NCBI GenBank assembly: GCA_947631105.1
Contig: CANRKD010000002.1
Coordinates: 1 to 54,597, forward strand
Source: an uncultured Bacilli bacterium
GTDB lineage: Bacteria; Bacillota_I; Bacilli_A; RF39; UBA660
DNA: 54,597 bases
Direction: 5' to 3'
Shown: positions 1 to 10,071 of the stretch, piece after piece
Numbering within the stretch: position 1 is the first letter of the stretch
How the letters are laid out: each line of letters opens with the position of its first letter
Program-made: the position numbers and the translations under genes
The notes under the pieces: model-generated
The model's input: only the letters and a program-made list of their open reading frames with translations
Told to the model about the DNA's origin: nothing
Databases searched by the model: none

Positions 1-774
1 ATAGAGGATGGAACTTCAGATAATAATTTAAGGTACATAGGAAAGGATCCAGATAACTATGTAGAGTTTAATGGAGAAAAATGGCGAATCATAGGAGTCA
101 TGAACAATGTAAAAGATGAAAATGGCAATACTGCATCAAGAATTAAATTAATAAAAAGTGATGACATAGGACGTTATGCTTGGGATGATAAAAAGACAAA
201 TAATTGGACGACTGCAAGTTTGCAAATATATTTAAATGATGGATATTATAATGCTTTGTCAGAAGATTTAAGGAATATGATAGATCAAGTGGAATGGCCA
301 TTGGGCGGGATAGAAGCTGAAATTAAGACTTCAACAGGTGTTACCGCGTATAATATTTTAGCTACAACTGAAGAAGCTTATCAAAAAGAAAGAGGAGAAG
401 AAGTATATGGAAGTAATCCCACAAAATGGATAGGAAATGTTGGATTAATGTACCCAAGTGATTATGGTTATGCAACTAGTGGAGGCAGGGAGTGTTTTAC
501 GAAAAAGTTAAATTGGTCAAGTTCGGATAATTGTGCTAGTAATGATTGGCTATTCAAAACAAAACCTCAATGGTCTTTAACATCAGTATCTAATTGTTTA
601 GAAACTGATATCAATGTCTTTATGATTTCGAAATTTGGGAATGTAGCTCGCCGTTGGATAGGGGCTGTTACTGAGGAAGTAGCATCTCCCGTTGTATTTT
701 TAAATCCCAATGTAAAATATGTAAGTGGAACTGGAACTGATGTAGATCCATATCAAATAACATTAGAAAAATAA
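1..774 (+). CDS. 5'-truncated secreted/surface-type hypothetical protein (C-terminal part)
   Basis: Frame 1 is open from base 1 (IEDGTSDNNLRYIGKDPDNYVEFNGEKWRIIGV...) into the listed ORF 100..774, so the gene begins upstream of the window. The product is W/Y/G-rich and a terminator follows. No family recognised with confidence. Confidence 0.6.
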   Translation: MEDGTSDNNLRYIGKDPDNYVEFNGEKWRIIGVMNNVKDENGNTASRIKLIKSDDIGRYAWDDKKTNNWTTASLQIYLNDGYYNALSEDLRNMIDQVEWPLGGIEAEIKTSTGVTAYNILATTEEAYQKERGEEVYGSNPTKWIGNVGLMYPSDYGYATSGGRECFTKKLNWSSSDNCASNDWLFKTKPQWSLTSVSNCLETDINVFMISKFGNVARRWIGAVTEEVASPVVFLNPNVKYVSGTGTDVDPYQITLEK

Positions 775-778
775 TTTT

Positions 779-809
779 AGAGGTATGATGTATTATCTCT
801 TTTTTTTTT
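779..809 (+). terminator. Rho-independent terminator
   Basis: AGAGGTA (779-785) pairs with TATCTCT (794-800; one G-U), 8-nt loop, then T9 (801-809). Confidence 0.6.
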
Positions 810-910
810 AATCCATAGATTTTTATGAATGAAGTAGTAATAATAATAGAACTTGAGTTTTTTTTACAATTTTTATATAATTAAATATAGAAATAAAATA
901 GGAGTGTACT

Positions 911-2155
911 ATGAGAAAGATAATTGCAAGTTTGGATATTGGAACATATTCGGTTAAATTAGTTGTAGCAGAAATTTTAAAAGGTAAAATGAATGTTTTA
1001 GCAGTTTCTGAATCTAAATCAGATGGTATAAAAAATGGTGTGATTATTAATAAAGAAGAAGTTATTCCTGTTTTAAAAGAAACGTTTCAAAAATGTGAAG
1101 ATATTTTAGATTTAAGTGTTCGTAAAGTGATTGTGACCGTACCTAGCTATGAGGCTGATTTTATGATGAGTGAAGGCTCAACTACAATTACGAATGAAGA
1201 AAAAATAGTACGAGGAAATGATATTGTAAGAGCTATGCAAGCATCAATTTATAATAAAGTGCCGAGTGGTTTAGAAATTGTGGGTATTGTTCCAACTAAT
1301 TTTTGTATTAATGATGAAGAAATCGTTAAAAATCCAATAAATTGTCATGCAAATAAATTAACTGTTAAATCCGTTATAACGATGATTCCTAAAAAAAATG
1401 TAGCTCCAATTTTTCAATGTTTAGAAAAATTGAATATTGAAGTTATTGATATTTCTTTTTCATCTCTGGGAGATTATTATTGTTTACAAGAGGATCGATT
1501 TAATAATCTTGTTGGAGCAATTATAAATATTGGAGCAGGAACCACTACGCTTTCAATATTTAATAAAGGAGTACTTACAAATACAAAAGTTTTGGAAATA
1601 GGTGGACAAAATATTGATAATGATATATCATTTATATATAAAGTAACGAAGAGTGATGCTAAACAATTAAAAGAAAATTTAGGGCTTGCTCATACAAGAC
1701 TTGCGTCTGCTAGTTCTTTAAAAAAAGTTACAAATAAGTTAGGAGAAGAAATTACAATCAATCAATATGAACTTAGTGAAGTCATTATGAGTCGTTTAGA
1801 AGAAATTTTAAATGTTGCGAAAAAACAAATAAATCTCTTAACAAAAAAAGAAATTCATTATATAATAGTTACGGGTGGCGTAAGCGAAATGCCTGATTTT
1901 GAATTAACTTTGGGAAATGTATTTGGAAATAATGCTTCTTTGGCGAATGTAAATGAAATAGGGGCAAGACATAATAAATTTTCTGCTTGTTTAGGGTTAA
2001 TTAAATATTATGATAGTAAATTAAAATTGCGTAATAAAAGTTTTTCCATTTTTGATCTTGAAGAACAAGAGATATTAAGTGGTAAAAAAAGAAAAATGAA
2101 TATTTCAGATAATTCGATTTTAGGAAAATTGTTTGGGTATTTTTTTGATAATTAA
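911..2155 (+). CDS. ftsA: Cell division protein FtsA
   Basis: Actin-like N-terminus [21 protein letters not shown], 414 aa, lies immediately upstream of ftsZ. SD AGGAG precedes the ATG. Confidence 0.93.
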   Translation: MRKIIASLDIGTYSVKLVVAEILKGKMNVLAVSESKSDGIKNGVIINKEEVIPVLKETFQKCEDILDLSVRKVIVTVPSYEADFMMSEGSTTITNEEKIVRGNDIVRAMQASIYNKVPSGLEIVGIVPTNFCINDEEIVKNPINCHANKLTVKSVITMIPKKNVAPIFQCLEKLNIEVIDISFSSLGDYYCLQEDRFNNLVGAIINIGAGTTTLSIFNKGVLTNTKVLEIGGQNIDNDISFIYKVTKSDAKQLKENLGLAHTRLASASSLKKVTNKLGEEITINQYELSEVIMSRLEEILNVAKKQINLLTKKEIHYIIVTGGVSEMPDFELTLGNVFGNNASLANVNEIGARHNKFSACLGLIKYYDSKLKLRNKSFSIFDLEEQEILSGKKRKMNISDNSILGKLFGYFFDN

Positions 2156-2168
2156 GGAGAGTGTTGAT

Positions 2169-3248
2169 ATGGATGGTTTAAAGATAGATCCTATTGCTAA
2201 AATTAAAGTGTTTGGTGCCGGAGGCGGTGGATGTAATGCTGTAAATCGTATGATTGAAGAGGGAGTTCAAGGTGTAGAATTTTACGCTGTGAATACAGAT
2301 TTACAAGTTTTAAATGCTTCTAAAGCCGCTAATAAGATTCAAATTGGAAAGAATATTACTGGTGGACGTGGAGCTGGTTCTAATCCAGAAATTGGACGTG
2401 AAGCAGCATTAGAGAATAAACAAGAAATCGAAGAAGCCATTAAAGGTGCTGATATGGTATTTATTGCATGTGGTTTGGGCGGTGGAACTGGAACAGGTGC
2501 TGCTCCGATTATTGCTGAAATTGCTCAAGAGTTAGGAGCTTTGACTGTTGGGATCGTTACAAAACCTTTCCGTTTTGAGGGAAAAAGAAGAATGGAGCAT
2601 GCTTTAGTTGGACTTGAAGAATTGAAAAAACATGTAGATACCTTAATTATTATTCCTAATGATCGTTTAAGAGATATCATTGATAAAACGACTAGTTTTC
2701 AGGATGCTTTTAAAGAAGTTGACAATGTACTACATAGAGGTGTTCAATCTATATCTGATTTAATAGCTGTTACTGGTATTATTAATCTAGATTTTGCCGA
2801 TGTAAAAACAGTTATGGAAAAAAGTGGAACAGCTCTTATTGGAATTGGTATGGGTGTAGGAGATAATCGTGCGGTTGAGGCAGCAGAGCAAGCAGTTTCT
2901 AGTGCTCTTTTAGAAACAACGATTGAAGGTGCAACAGATGCCATTATTAATATTACTGGTGGAGAAAGTTTGACTTTGTTTGAAATTGAAGATGCCGTTG
3001 AAACAGTTCGTGAAGCAGCAAATAGTGATATTAATATTATTTTTGGAGCTATTCCTAATTCTAATTTAACAGATGAAGTTATTGTTACAGTTATTGCAAC
3101 AGGCTTTGATGGTAAAGAGGATGTTGATGAAGATTCAGCCCCACAATATACTAATAATAACAAAATGCCTAAAAGAAGATCAAATGATGATTTGATAGAT
3201 AATGAGTATGATATTCCTCCATTTTTGAGAAATCATAATGATTTTTAA
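2169..3248 (+). CDS. ftsZ: Cell division GTPase FtsZ
   Basis: Tubulin signature [10 protein letters not shown] and N-terminus [19 protein letters not shown] prefer ATG 2169 (SD AAGGAGA at 2153-2159) over the TTG at 2133 in the ORF track. Confidence 0.96.
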   Translation: MDGLKIDPIAKIKVFGAGGGGCNAVNRMIEEGVQGVEFYAVNTDLQVLNASKAANKIQIGKNITGGRGAGSNPEIGREAALENKQEIEEAIKGADMVFIACGLGGGTGTGAAPIIAEIAQELGALTVGIVTKPFRFEGKRRMEHALVGLEELKKHVDTLIIIPNDRLRDIIDKTTSFQDAFKEVDNVLHRGVQSISDLIAVTGIINLDFADVKTVMEKSGTALIGIGMGVGDNRAVEAAEQAVSSALLETTIEGATDAIINITGGESLTLFEIEDAVETVREAANSDINIIFGAIPNSNLTDEVIVTVIATGFDGKEDVDEDSAPQYTNNNKMPKRRSNDDLIDNEYDIPPFLRNHNDF

Positions 3249-3264
3249 ATTTAAGACTTTAATT

Positions 3265-3288
3265 GACATTTTATAATGTCTTTTTTTT
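3265..3288 (+). terminator. Rho-independent terminator after ftsZ
   Basis: GACATT (3265-3270), loop TTAT, AATGTC (3275-3280), then T8 (3281-3288). Confidence 0.7.
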
Positions 3289-3311
3289 ATATACTTTTTT
3301 TGGTGATATAA

Positions 3312-4097
3312 ATGAAAGTATATATAGATTTAATTTTATTGCTGAATTATTATTTAGACTTTTTAATTTTATTAACAACTTCTATTGTTTTAAAGAGAAA
3401 TACTTCTTTAAAAAGAATTGCTTTAGGAGCTTTACTTGGTAGTTTTACAATGATTTTTTTATTTGTTCCTGTAAGCCAAATCATTTTGTTTTTGTATAAA
3501 GTAATAATGGCTATTTTTATGGTTGTAGTTGCTTTTCATTACGAAAATATGAAATATACTTTTTATAATTTTATTTATTTTTATATGGTAAGTATTATTT
3601 TAGGAGGTTTTTTATATTATTTAAATATAGAATTTAGATATACTTCACTTGGATTATTTTTGATGGCACATCATATTAATATTAATGTGTTGCTATTGAT
3701 TTTTGCTTCCCCAATAATTTTTTGGATTTATATTCACCAGGAAAGAAGAATGAAAAAAAATTATTCTCTTTCTTATACCATTAAAATTGTTTTGAAAAAT
3801 AAAAAGGAATATATATTAAATGCTTTTTTAGATACTGGGAACTGTTTATTTGATCCTATTACGAATAAGCCAATTATTTTACTAGAAAAAGGAGTAGTAG
3901 AGGAAGGAAGTTATTCCTTTTATTATGTACCATTTCATAGTTTAAATAACCAAAATTTACTGAAATGTTTTCGTCCACAATACATTGAAATTGAAAATAA
4001 AAAATATAATAACTATTTAATTGGTATAAGCGACAAAAAATTTAATTTTGATGGTATAAAATGCATTTTGAATAATAAATTAATGGAGGATTTATAA
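3312..4097 (+). CDS. spoIIGA: Sigma-E processing aspartic peptidase SpoIIGA
   Basis: Polytopic N-terminal half (MKVYIDLILLLNYYLDFLILL...), DTGN aspartic protease motif (FLDTGNCLFDPITNKPIILLE), translationally coupled to sigE (ATAATG). Confidence 0.9.
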   Translation: MKVYIDLILLLNYYLDFLILLTTSIVLKRNTSLKRIALGALLGSFTMIFLFVPVSQIILFLYKVIMAIFMVVVAFHYENMKYTFYNFIYFYMVSIILGGFLYYLNIEFRYTSLGLFLMAHHININVLLLIFASPIIFWIYIHQERRMKKNYSLSYTIKIVLKNKKEYILNAFLDTGNCLFDPITNKPIILLEKGVVEEGSYSFYYVPFHSLNNQNLLKCFRPQYIEIENKKYNNYLIGISDKKFNFDGIKCILNNKLMEDL

Positions 4098-4780
4098 TGT
4101 TTAAAAAAATAATTTTGTGGTTAAAAACAAAATATTCTGCTTGTTTTTTTGTGGGAAGTACTGATAAATTGCCACCACCGCTTTCAAAAGAAGAAGAATT
4201 ATCTTTATTAGTCCGTTTACAAAATGGTGATAGTTCTGCTCGTGATAAATTGATAGAACATAATCTTCGGTTGGTTGTATTTTTAGCAAAAAAATATGAA
4301 AGTTCTGGATATGATATAGAAGATTTAGTTAGTATTGGTTCTATTGGTTTAATAAAAGGAATTAATACATACAAGATTGATAAAAATATTAAATTAGCTA
4401 CTTATGCTTCTCGTTGTATTGCTAATGAAATTTTAATGTTTTTAAGAAAAAATAAAAAGCGTAAAACAGAAATTTCTTTTGAAGATGCATTGAATTATGA
4501 TGCAGAAGGAAATGAATTACATCTTGAAGATATATTGGGTACAGAAGAAGATATAGTGATTAAAGAATTTGAAAATACGATGGATAAAAAAATGTTATCT
4601 CAAGAGATTAATAAATTAAACGAACGAGATAAGCAAATTATGGTTTTACGTTATGGTCTTAATAATACAAAAGAATATACTCAAAAAGAGGTTGCAGAGA
4701 TATTAGGAATTAGTCAGTCTTATATTTCAAGAATTGAAAAAAAAGTAATTAAAAATTTAAAAAGTTTATTAAAAACTTAA
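4097..4780 (+). CDS. sigE: Sporulation pro-sigma-E
   Basis: Pro-sequence then LPPPLSKEEE..., HNLRLVVFLAKKY, KLATYASRCIANEILMFLR, GISQSYISRIEK. Near-collinear with B. subtilis SigE as I remember it. Confidence 0.92.
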   Translation: MFKKIILWLKTKYSACFFVGSTDKLPPPLSKEEELSLLVRLQNGDSSARDKLIEHNLRLVVFLAKKYESSGYDIEDLVSIGSIGLIKGINTYKIDKNIKLATYASRCIANEILMFLRKNKKRKTEISFEDALNYDAEGNELHLEDILGTEEDIVIKEFENTMDKKMLSQEINKLNERDKQIMVLRYGLNNTKEYTQKEVAEILGISQSYISRIEKKVIKNLKSLLKT

Positions 4781-4836
4781 GCAATGGTTGAATGCTTTTC
4801 TAATTTCATAATATAATAGTAGGGGAGTTAGTGAGT

Positions 4837-5301
4837 ATGATTAAAGTATTATTTGTATGTTACGGGAATATTTGTCGATCACCAATGGGAGAATTCATAT
4901 TAAAGGAATTGGTAAAAAAAGATCATTTAGAGGATCAATTTGAAATCGCTTCTTCTGGAACAAGTGATGAAGAAGTTGGCCATCCTGTTTATTATTTGGC
5001 AAAAGAAAAATTAGAGGAACATGGGCTATCATGTGAAGGAAAGTTTGCTAGACAAGTTGAGTTTTTAGATTACGATAAATATGATTATATTTTAGCAATG
5101 GATGATTATGATGTGGGAAGATTAAAAATTATTTTTAATCGAGATGATATTTCAGATAAGGTTTATAAACTTTTGGATTTTACTTCCTCACCAAAAAATA
5201 TAGAAGATCCATGGCAAAATAGGAATTTTGACAGAGCATATGAAGAAATTTATGCTGGATGTGTTGCTTTTTTAAATTTTGTTAAGAAAAAATTGGCTTG
5301 A
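4837..5301 (+). CDS. Low-molecular-weight protein tyrosine/arginine phosphatase
   Basis: P-loop VLFVCYGNICRSPMGE (CX5R-S) near the N-terminus and a DP motif near the C-terminus. ATG 4837 is preferred (SD AGGGGAG at 4822-4828) over GTG 4831. Confidence 0.85.
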   Translation: MIKVLFVCYGNICRSPMGEFILKELVKKDHLEDQFEIASSGTSDEEVGHPVYYLAKEKLEEHGLSCEGKFARQVEFLDYDKYDYILAMDDYDVGRLKIIFNRDDISDKVYKLLDFTSSPKNIEDPWQNRNFDRAYEEIYAGCVAFLNFVKKKLA

Positions 5302-5355
5302 ATTTGAATAAAACAGCTCTTTTCATATCAAAACTAGTATGAAAGGAGCTTTTTC

Positions 5356-6132
5356 ATGAGCAAATATAAAGTAGATATTACAAATTTAGATACAAGTTCA
5401 ATTAAAGTATTAAAAAGTGCAGAAATGATAGAGTTATTTAAGCGTTATCAATCTGGTGATTTAAGTGCAAAAGAAGAACTGATTAATGGTAATTTAAAAT
5501 TAGTATTAAGTATTTTAAAAAGATTTAATAAAGATAAATATAATATGGATGATTTATTTCAGGTGGGAGTTATTGGTCTTATTAAAGCCATAGATAATTT
5601 TGATTTGTCCTATAATTTAAAGTTATCCACTTATGCATGTCCTTTAATTGTTGGGGAAATTAAAAGATATATTCGTGATAATAATTCTTTGCGTGTAAGT
5701 AGAAGTATTAAAGATATGGCTTATCAAATTTTAAAATTTAAAGATGATTATATTAAAAGCAATGGAGTAGAACCAACAAACCAAACTATTGCAGAGGCGT
5801 TAAATATTGAGGAGTATCAAATACCTTTTGCTTTAGATAGTTTAAAAGAACCTATGAGTATTTTTGAACCAATCTATAATGATGGAGGAGATACAATTTA
5901 TTTGTTAGATCAAATTGCTGATAAAAAAGAATCTAGTCATGATAAAGATATGTTAATCTCTTTACGAAAAGCGTTGAATAAGATAAAAGAGCGTGAGCGT
6001 GACATTTTAATGGAAAGGTTTATTATTGGTAAAACACAAATGGAGATTGCTACTAGTTTGGGAATTAGTCAAGCACAAGTATCACGAATTGAAAAGAATG
6101 CTATTAATAATATTAAACGTTTAATAAAGTAA
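5356..6132 (+). CDS. sigG: Sporulation sigma factor SigG
   Basis: DLFQVGVIGLIKAIDNFD, FEPIYNDGGD, GKTQMEIATSLGISQAQVSRIEK. Position downstream of sigE matches the spoIIG-sigG arrangement in Bacillus. Confidence 0.88.
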   Translation: MSKYKVDITNLDTSSIKVLKSAEMIELFKRYQSGDLSAKEELINGNLKLVLSILKRFNKDKYNMDDLFQVGVIGLIKAIDNFDLSYNLKLSTYACPLIVGEIKRYIRDNNSLRVSRSIKDMAYQILKFKDDYIKSNGVEPTNQTIAEALNIEEYQIPFALDSLKEPMSIFEPIYNDGGDTIYLLDQIADKKESSHDKDMLISLRKALNKIKERERDILMERFIIGKTQMEIATSLGISQAQVSRIEKNAINNIKRLIK

Positions 6133-6750
6133 AGTGATTTTTTTATGTTCTGATTTGATAAAACCTTCTTCTTTTAAGTTTTTTATTTCTCTAGACATAG
6201 CACATCGATCCACTGCCAAATAATTTGCCAGTTCACTATAATTCATAGTTAAATAAATAATACGAGAACCATTTTTTTCAGAAACAATTCGAAAATATTC
6301 TAATAATTTGTCGCGAATTGTTTTTTTTGTTAAAATTTCAATTCTTTCATTTTTTTCACTAATTTTTTCGCTGGTAATATCTAGTAGATTTTTAAAAAAT
6401 TGATGAAAATAAGGGAGTTTATTATTTTCTTCTTCGATAATACGATTATAATCTATAATAGTAATTTTACTTTCTTCTTTTGTTATTATTTCGTATTCTG
6501 CATTATTTAAAGAAGAAATATTTGTGCCAAATACATTATTTTTTTCTAATTCTTCAATAATAGTAGTATTTCCATTATAATCTGTTCTAATTATTTGCAA
6601 ATAACCTTCTACTACAAAGCCAATGATATTGTCATTTTGGAACATAGATAGTAAGGAACTATTTTTAGGGAATGTAAAGGTGTGTGCTTCAAAAGTGTAA
6701 AGTAATTTTTCTTGATTTTTACTATTGATATTGATAAATAAAGGGTTCAT
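6121..6750 (-). CDS. Crp/Fnr-family transcriptional regulator
   Basis: N-terminal cNMP-binding-like beta-roll and C-terminal HTH (LANYLAVDRCAMSREIKNLKEEGFI). No N-terminal Cys cluster. Divergent from nrdD. Confidence 0.8.
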   Translation of the reverse strand: MNPLFININSKNQEKLLYTFEAHTFTFPKNSSLLSMFQNDNIIGFVVEGYLQIIRTDYNGNTTIIEELEKNNVFGTNISSLNNAEYEIITKEESKITIIDYNRIIEEENNKLPYFHQFFKNLLDITSEKISEKNERIEILTKKTIRDKLLEYFRIVSEKNGSRIIYLTMNYSELANYLAVDRCAMSREIKNLKEEGFIKSEHKKITLLY

Positions 6751-6789
6751 GTTTCACCTCTTAAAAATATTTTAGCAAAAATATCTAAT

Positions 6790-6805
6790 TGTTGCAATTG
6801 CAACA
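6790..6805. promoter_or_regulatory. Perfect 16-bp palindrome TGTTG-N6-CAACA, candidate Crp/Fnr-type operator
   Basis: TGTTGCAATTGCAACA read directly. It has the 5-N6-5 geometry of CRP-type sites and lies in the crp/fnr-nrdD divergent intergenic region. Confidence 0.5.
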
Positions 6806-6861
6806 TTACTATATTTTTGAGACGTGTTAAGATTATTTTAAGATTAGGAAGGTAGAGAAGT

Positions 6862-9024
6862 ATGAAAGTTATAAAAAGAGATGGCCATATGGTAGATTAT
6901 TGCCCTGAAAAAATCGAATTGGCAATACAAAAAGCAAATAAAGAAGTAGAAGAGGAAGATCAAGCATCTCCTACACAAATAAGAAATATTATTAAATATA
7001 TTGAAGGATTAGGAAAAAAAAGAATTTTAGTTGAAGATATGCAAGATATCATCGAAATGAAATTAATGAGTATTGGTAAATATGCTTTAGCTAAAAAATA
7101 TATTACTTATCGTTATACAAGAGAATTAGTACGAAAAAGTAATACAACAGATTTAGCGATTAAAGAATTAATCGATGGAGAAAGTGAGTATTGGAATACT
7201 GAAAATTCTAATAAAAATGCTAAAATTATCACTGTTCAAAGAGATTATTTAGCAGGTATTACCAGTACTGATATTACGAGACGTTTTTTACTTCCTGAAG
7301 ATATTGTTCAAGCTCATGATGATGGTATTATTCATTTTCATGATGCTGATTATTTTGCTCAAAATGCGATGCATAATTGTTGTTTAATGAATTTAGAAGA
7401 TATGCTTCAAAATGGTACTAATATTAATGGTGTCATGATTGAAAAACCTCATCGTTTTTTGACAGCAATGACGATTGCTACTCAATTAATTACAGCAGTT
7501 AATTCTAGTCAATATGGTGGTGTTACAATTACATTAACTCATTTAGCACCATTTGTAAGAGCAAGTTATGAACGTTTTTTAGAAAAATATAAAAATCGTA
7601 AATTCAAAAAAGAGGATTGTGAAAAATTTGCAAAAGAAGATTTAAAAAAAGAGATTAAAGATGGTGTACAAACTTTCCAATATCAAATTAATTCAATGAC
7701 GACAACTAATGGTCAAGCACCTTTTTTAAGTGTTTGTATGTATTTGGGAGAAACGGATGAATATAAAGAAGAATTAGCTTTACTCATTGAGGAAGTATTA
7801 AAGCAACGTATTGAAGGAATGAAAAATGAGGCTGGTGTGTATGTTACTCCTGCTTTTCCTAAACTTTTATATGTTTTAGAGGAAGATAATGTTCATGAAA
7901 ATAGCAAGTATTGGTATTTAACAAAATTAGCTGCTGAATGTACAGCGAAACGTTTGGTTCCAGATTATATTTCTGAAAAAATTATGAAACAATTAAAAAT
8001 AGATCAAAATGGAGAAGGACAATGTTATCCTTGTATGGGATGTAGAAGTTTCTTAACTCCGTATGTTGATGAAAAGGGTAAACCGAAATATTATGGTCGT
8101 TTTAATCAAGGGGTAGTTAGTATTAATTTAGTAGACGTTGCTCTTTCTAGTGATAAAGATATGGATTTATTTTGGAATATTTTAGATGAGAGATTAGAGT
8201 TATGTCATCGTGCTTTACAAATTAGACATAAAAGACTTTCTAAAGCTACAAGTGATGTAGCACCAATTTTATGGCAATATGGGGCACTTGCTCGTTTAAA
8301 AAAGGGTGAATCTTTACATGAATTATTGCATCATGGTTATTCTACAATTTCTTTAGGATATGCTGGATTATATGAATGTGTTAAATTTATGACAGGTCAT
8401 TCTCATACAGATAATGGGTCAGGAAAAGAATTTGGGCTTGCAGTAATGAAAAGATTAAATGAAAAATGTCAAGAGTGGAAAGAAGCAGAAGATATTGATT
8501 ATAGCGTTTATGGCACACCAATTGAATCAACAACATATAAATTTGCTAAAGCTTTAAGAGAAAGATTTGGTGTTGTAAAAGGAATTACAGATCGTGATTA
8601 TATTACAAATTCTTATCATGTTCCGGTTTTTGAAGAAATTGATGCTTTTACTAAATTAAAATTAGAAAGCGAATTTCAAAAGTTAAGTCCAGGTGGTGCA
8701 ATTTCATATATTGAAACACCAAATTTAACACATAATTTAGAAGCAGTTATACAAGTTATTCAATTTATTTACGATAATATTATGTATGCCGAATTAAATA
8801 CAAAATCAGATTTTTGCTTAGAATGTGGATATTCTGGTGAAATTTTAGTTGATGATAATTTAGAATGGTATTGTCCTAATTGTGGAAATCGAGATCATAA
8901 TAAATTGGATGTTACGCGTCGTACGTGTGGCTATATTGGAAAGAATTTTTGGAATAAAGGTAGAACACAAGAAATAAAAGAAAGAGTTATTCATATTGAT
9001 AATAAAGATGATGAGGAAGCATAA
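6862..9024 (+). CDS. nrdD: Anaerobic (class III) ribonucleoside-triphosphate reductase
   Basis: N-terminal ATP-cone, C-terminal Zn ribbon CLECG...CPNCG, glycyl-radical motif RRTCGYIG, 720 aa. Confidence 0.95.
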   Translation: MKVIKRDGHMVDYCPEKIELAIQKANKEVEEEDQASPTQIRNIIKYIEGLGKKRILVEDMQDIIEMKLMSIGKYALAKKYITYRYTRELVRKSNTTDLAIKELIDGESEYWNTENSNKNAKIITVQRDYLAGITSTDITRRFLLPEDIVQAHDDGIIHFHDADYFAQNAMHNCCLMNLEDMLQNGTNINGVMIEKPHRFLTAMTIATQLITAVNSSQYGGVTITLTHLAPFVRASYERFLEKYKNRKFKKEDCEKFAKEDLKKEIKDGVQTFQYQINSMTTTNGQAPFLSVCMYLGETDEYKEELALLIEEVLKQRIEGMKNEAGVYVTPAFPKLLYVLEEDNVHENSKYWYLTKLAAECTAKRLVPDYISEKIMKQLKIDQNGEGQCYPCMGCRSFLTPYVDEKGKPKYYGRFNQGVVSINLVDVALSSDKDMDLFWNILDERLELCHRALQIRHKRLSKATSDVAPILWQYGALARLKKGESLHELLHHGYSTISLGYAGLYECVKFMTGHSHTDNGSGKEFGLAVMKRLNEKCQEWKEAEDIDYSVYGTPIESTTYKFAKALRERFGVVKGITDRDYITNSYHVPVFEEIDAFTKLKLESEFQKLSPGGAISYIETPNLTHNLEAVIQVIQFIYDNIMYAELNTKSDFCLECGYSGEILVDDNLEWYCPNCGNRDHNKLDVTRRTCGYIGKNFWNKGRTQEIKERVIHIDNKDDEEA

Positions 9025-9557
9025 TGAGATATAATAAAATTAGAAAAATGGATATTTCTAATGGACCTGGAGTACGAGTTTCTATCTTTATGCAAGGCTG
9101 TGCGTTTAATTGTAAAAATTGTTTTAATCCTGAAACTCATGATTTTTCTTCCGGGAAAGAATTTACTGATGAAACTATACAACACATTTTATCTCTTGCA
9201 AGTTTAGATTATATAGAAGGGTTATCAATTTTGGGTGGAGAGCCTTTGCATCCCAAAAATATTGAAGGGACTACTCGTCTTGCCCGATCTTTTAAAAAAC
9301 GTTTTCCTAATAAATCCATTTGGGTTTGGAGTGGTTATTTATTTGATCAGTATGTAATTGATAAAGAAATTAGAAATTATATTGATGTATTAGTGGATGG
9401 AACATATGTAGATGAATTGCGCAATCCGAATTTAGTATTTCGAGGTAGCTCTAATCAACGAATTATTGATATTCCATCTAGTTTAAAAGAAAATAAAATA
9501 GTAGAATTACATTTAGATTCTGAAGATATGAAAAAGAAAGAAGTGGTAGTATGTTAG
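9024..9557 (+). CDS. nrdG: NrdD-activating radical-SAM enzyme
   Basis: DISNGPGVRVSIFMQGCAFNCKNCFN (CX3CX2C). ATG overlaps the nrdD stop (TAATG). Confidence 0.9.
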   Translation: MRYNKIRKMDISNGPGVRVSIFMQGCAFNCKNCFNPETHDFSSGKEFTDETIQHILSLASLDYIEGLSILGGEPLHPKNIEGTTRLARSFKKRFPNKSIWVWSGYLFDQYVIDKEIRNYIDVLVDGTYVDELRNPNLVFRGSSNQRIIDIPSSLKENKIVELHLDSEDMKKKEVVVC

Positions 9558-10018
9558 ATAAAAAAATGAGAGGTTTTGAAATAGCAAAAGGATGGGAAGA
9601 TAAAGAAATTCATTTACCGGTTCGTAAAACAAAGTATAGTGCTGGATATGATGTTGAAGCAGCAGAAGATATCATCATCCCTGCCTTTTATCCAGGGATA
9701 AAACCGACACTTGTTCCCACTGGTTTAAAAGCATATTGTCAAAATGATGAATTTTATATGCTAGTTAATCGTAGTTCAGGACCTAAAAAAGGGTTAATTA
9801 TGGCCAATAGTTTAGGAATTGTAGATGCAGATTATTATGGCAATGAAACAACAGATGGACATTTCTTTTTTCAATTTTTTAATTGTTTAGATCATGATAT
9901 AGAAATCAAAAAAGGTGATTGTATTGGTCAAGTTATCTTTCAGAAATATTTGACGGTAGATAATGATCAAGCAGAAGGTATTCGGATTGGTGGTATTGGT
10001 TCAACTGATAAAAAATAG
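9551..10018 (+). CDS. dut: dUTP diphosphatase (trimeric dUTPase family)
   Basis: AGYDV, NSLGIVDADYYG and IGGIGSTDKK motifs. Overlaps the end of nrdG by 7 nt. Confidence 0.8.
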   Translation: MLDKKMRGFEIAKGWEDKEIHLPVRKTKYSAGYDVEAAEDIIIPAFYPGIKPTLVPTGLKAYCQNDEFYMLVNRSSGPKKGLIMANSLGIVDADYYGNETTDGHFFFQFFNCLDHDIEIKKGDCIGQVIFQKYLTVDNDQAEGIRIGGIGSTDKK

Positions 10019-10037
10019 AACGAAATGTTCTTTTTTT
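10017..10037 (+). terminator. Rho-independent terminator after dut
   Basis: AGAAC, loop GAAAT, GTTCT, then a T-run. The stem is only 5 bp. Confidence 0.5.
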
Positions 10038-10071
10038 ATTTTTTAAACATATTTTTTATAAGGTGAAGTAT

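Noticed and set aside
2133-2168. ORF-track start (TTG 2133) for ftsZ. Similarly 30093 for clpB, 44591 for the vWA gene, 24953 for the ligase, 12021 for the rhomboid and 10756 for rluD.
   Set aside because: In each case a downstream ATG has a properly spaced SD and gives the conserved N-terminus. The upstream extensions overlap the previous gene, a terminator or an operator.
2744-3163. 139-aa minus-strand ORF inside ftsZ. The same applies to 4042-4374 and 4101-4289 in spoIIGA/sigE, 8991-9185, 10129-10329, 12230-12421 and 15935-16132.
   Set aside because: Each is fully antisense to a confidently identified conserved gene, has low-complexity or hydrophobic composition typical of AT-rich antisense frames, and has no SD.
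3263-3295. TTGACA (3263-68) and TATACT (3290-95) separated by 21 nt, reminiscent of the long-spacer Spo0A-dependent spoIIG promoter of B. subtilis.
   Set aside because: I could not find convincing 0A boxes (TGTCGAA/TTCGACA), and the TTGACA is part of the ftsZ terminator stem. This is too speculative to call. The closer TATAAT (3272-77) is only 3 nt from the -35.
5302-5355. Possible sigma-F/sigma-G promoter (GAATA ... CATATCA) upstream of sigG.
   Set aside because: The spacing (13 nt) does not fit the forespore-sigma consensus spacing as I remember it, so I cannot support a call.
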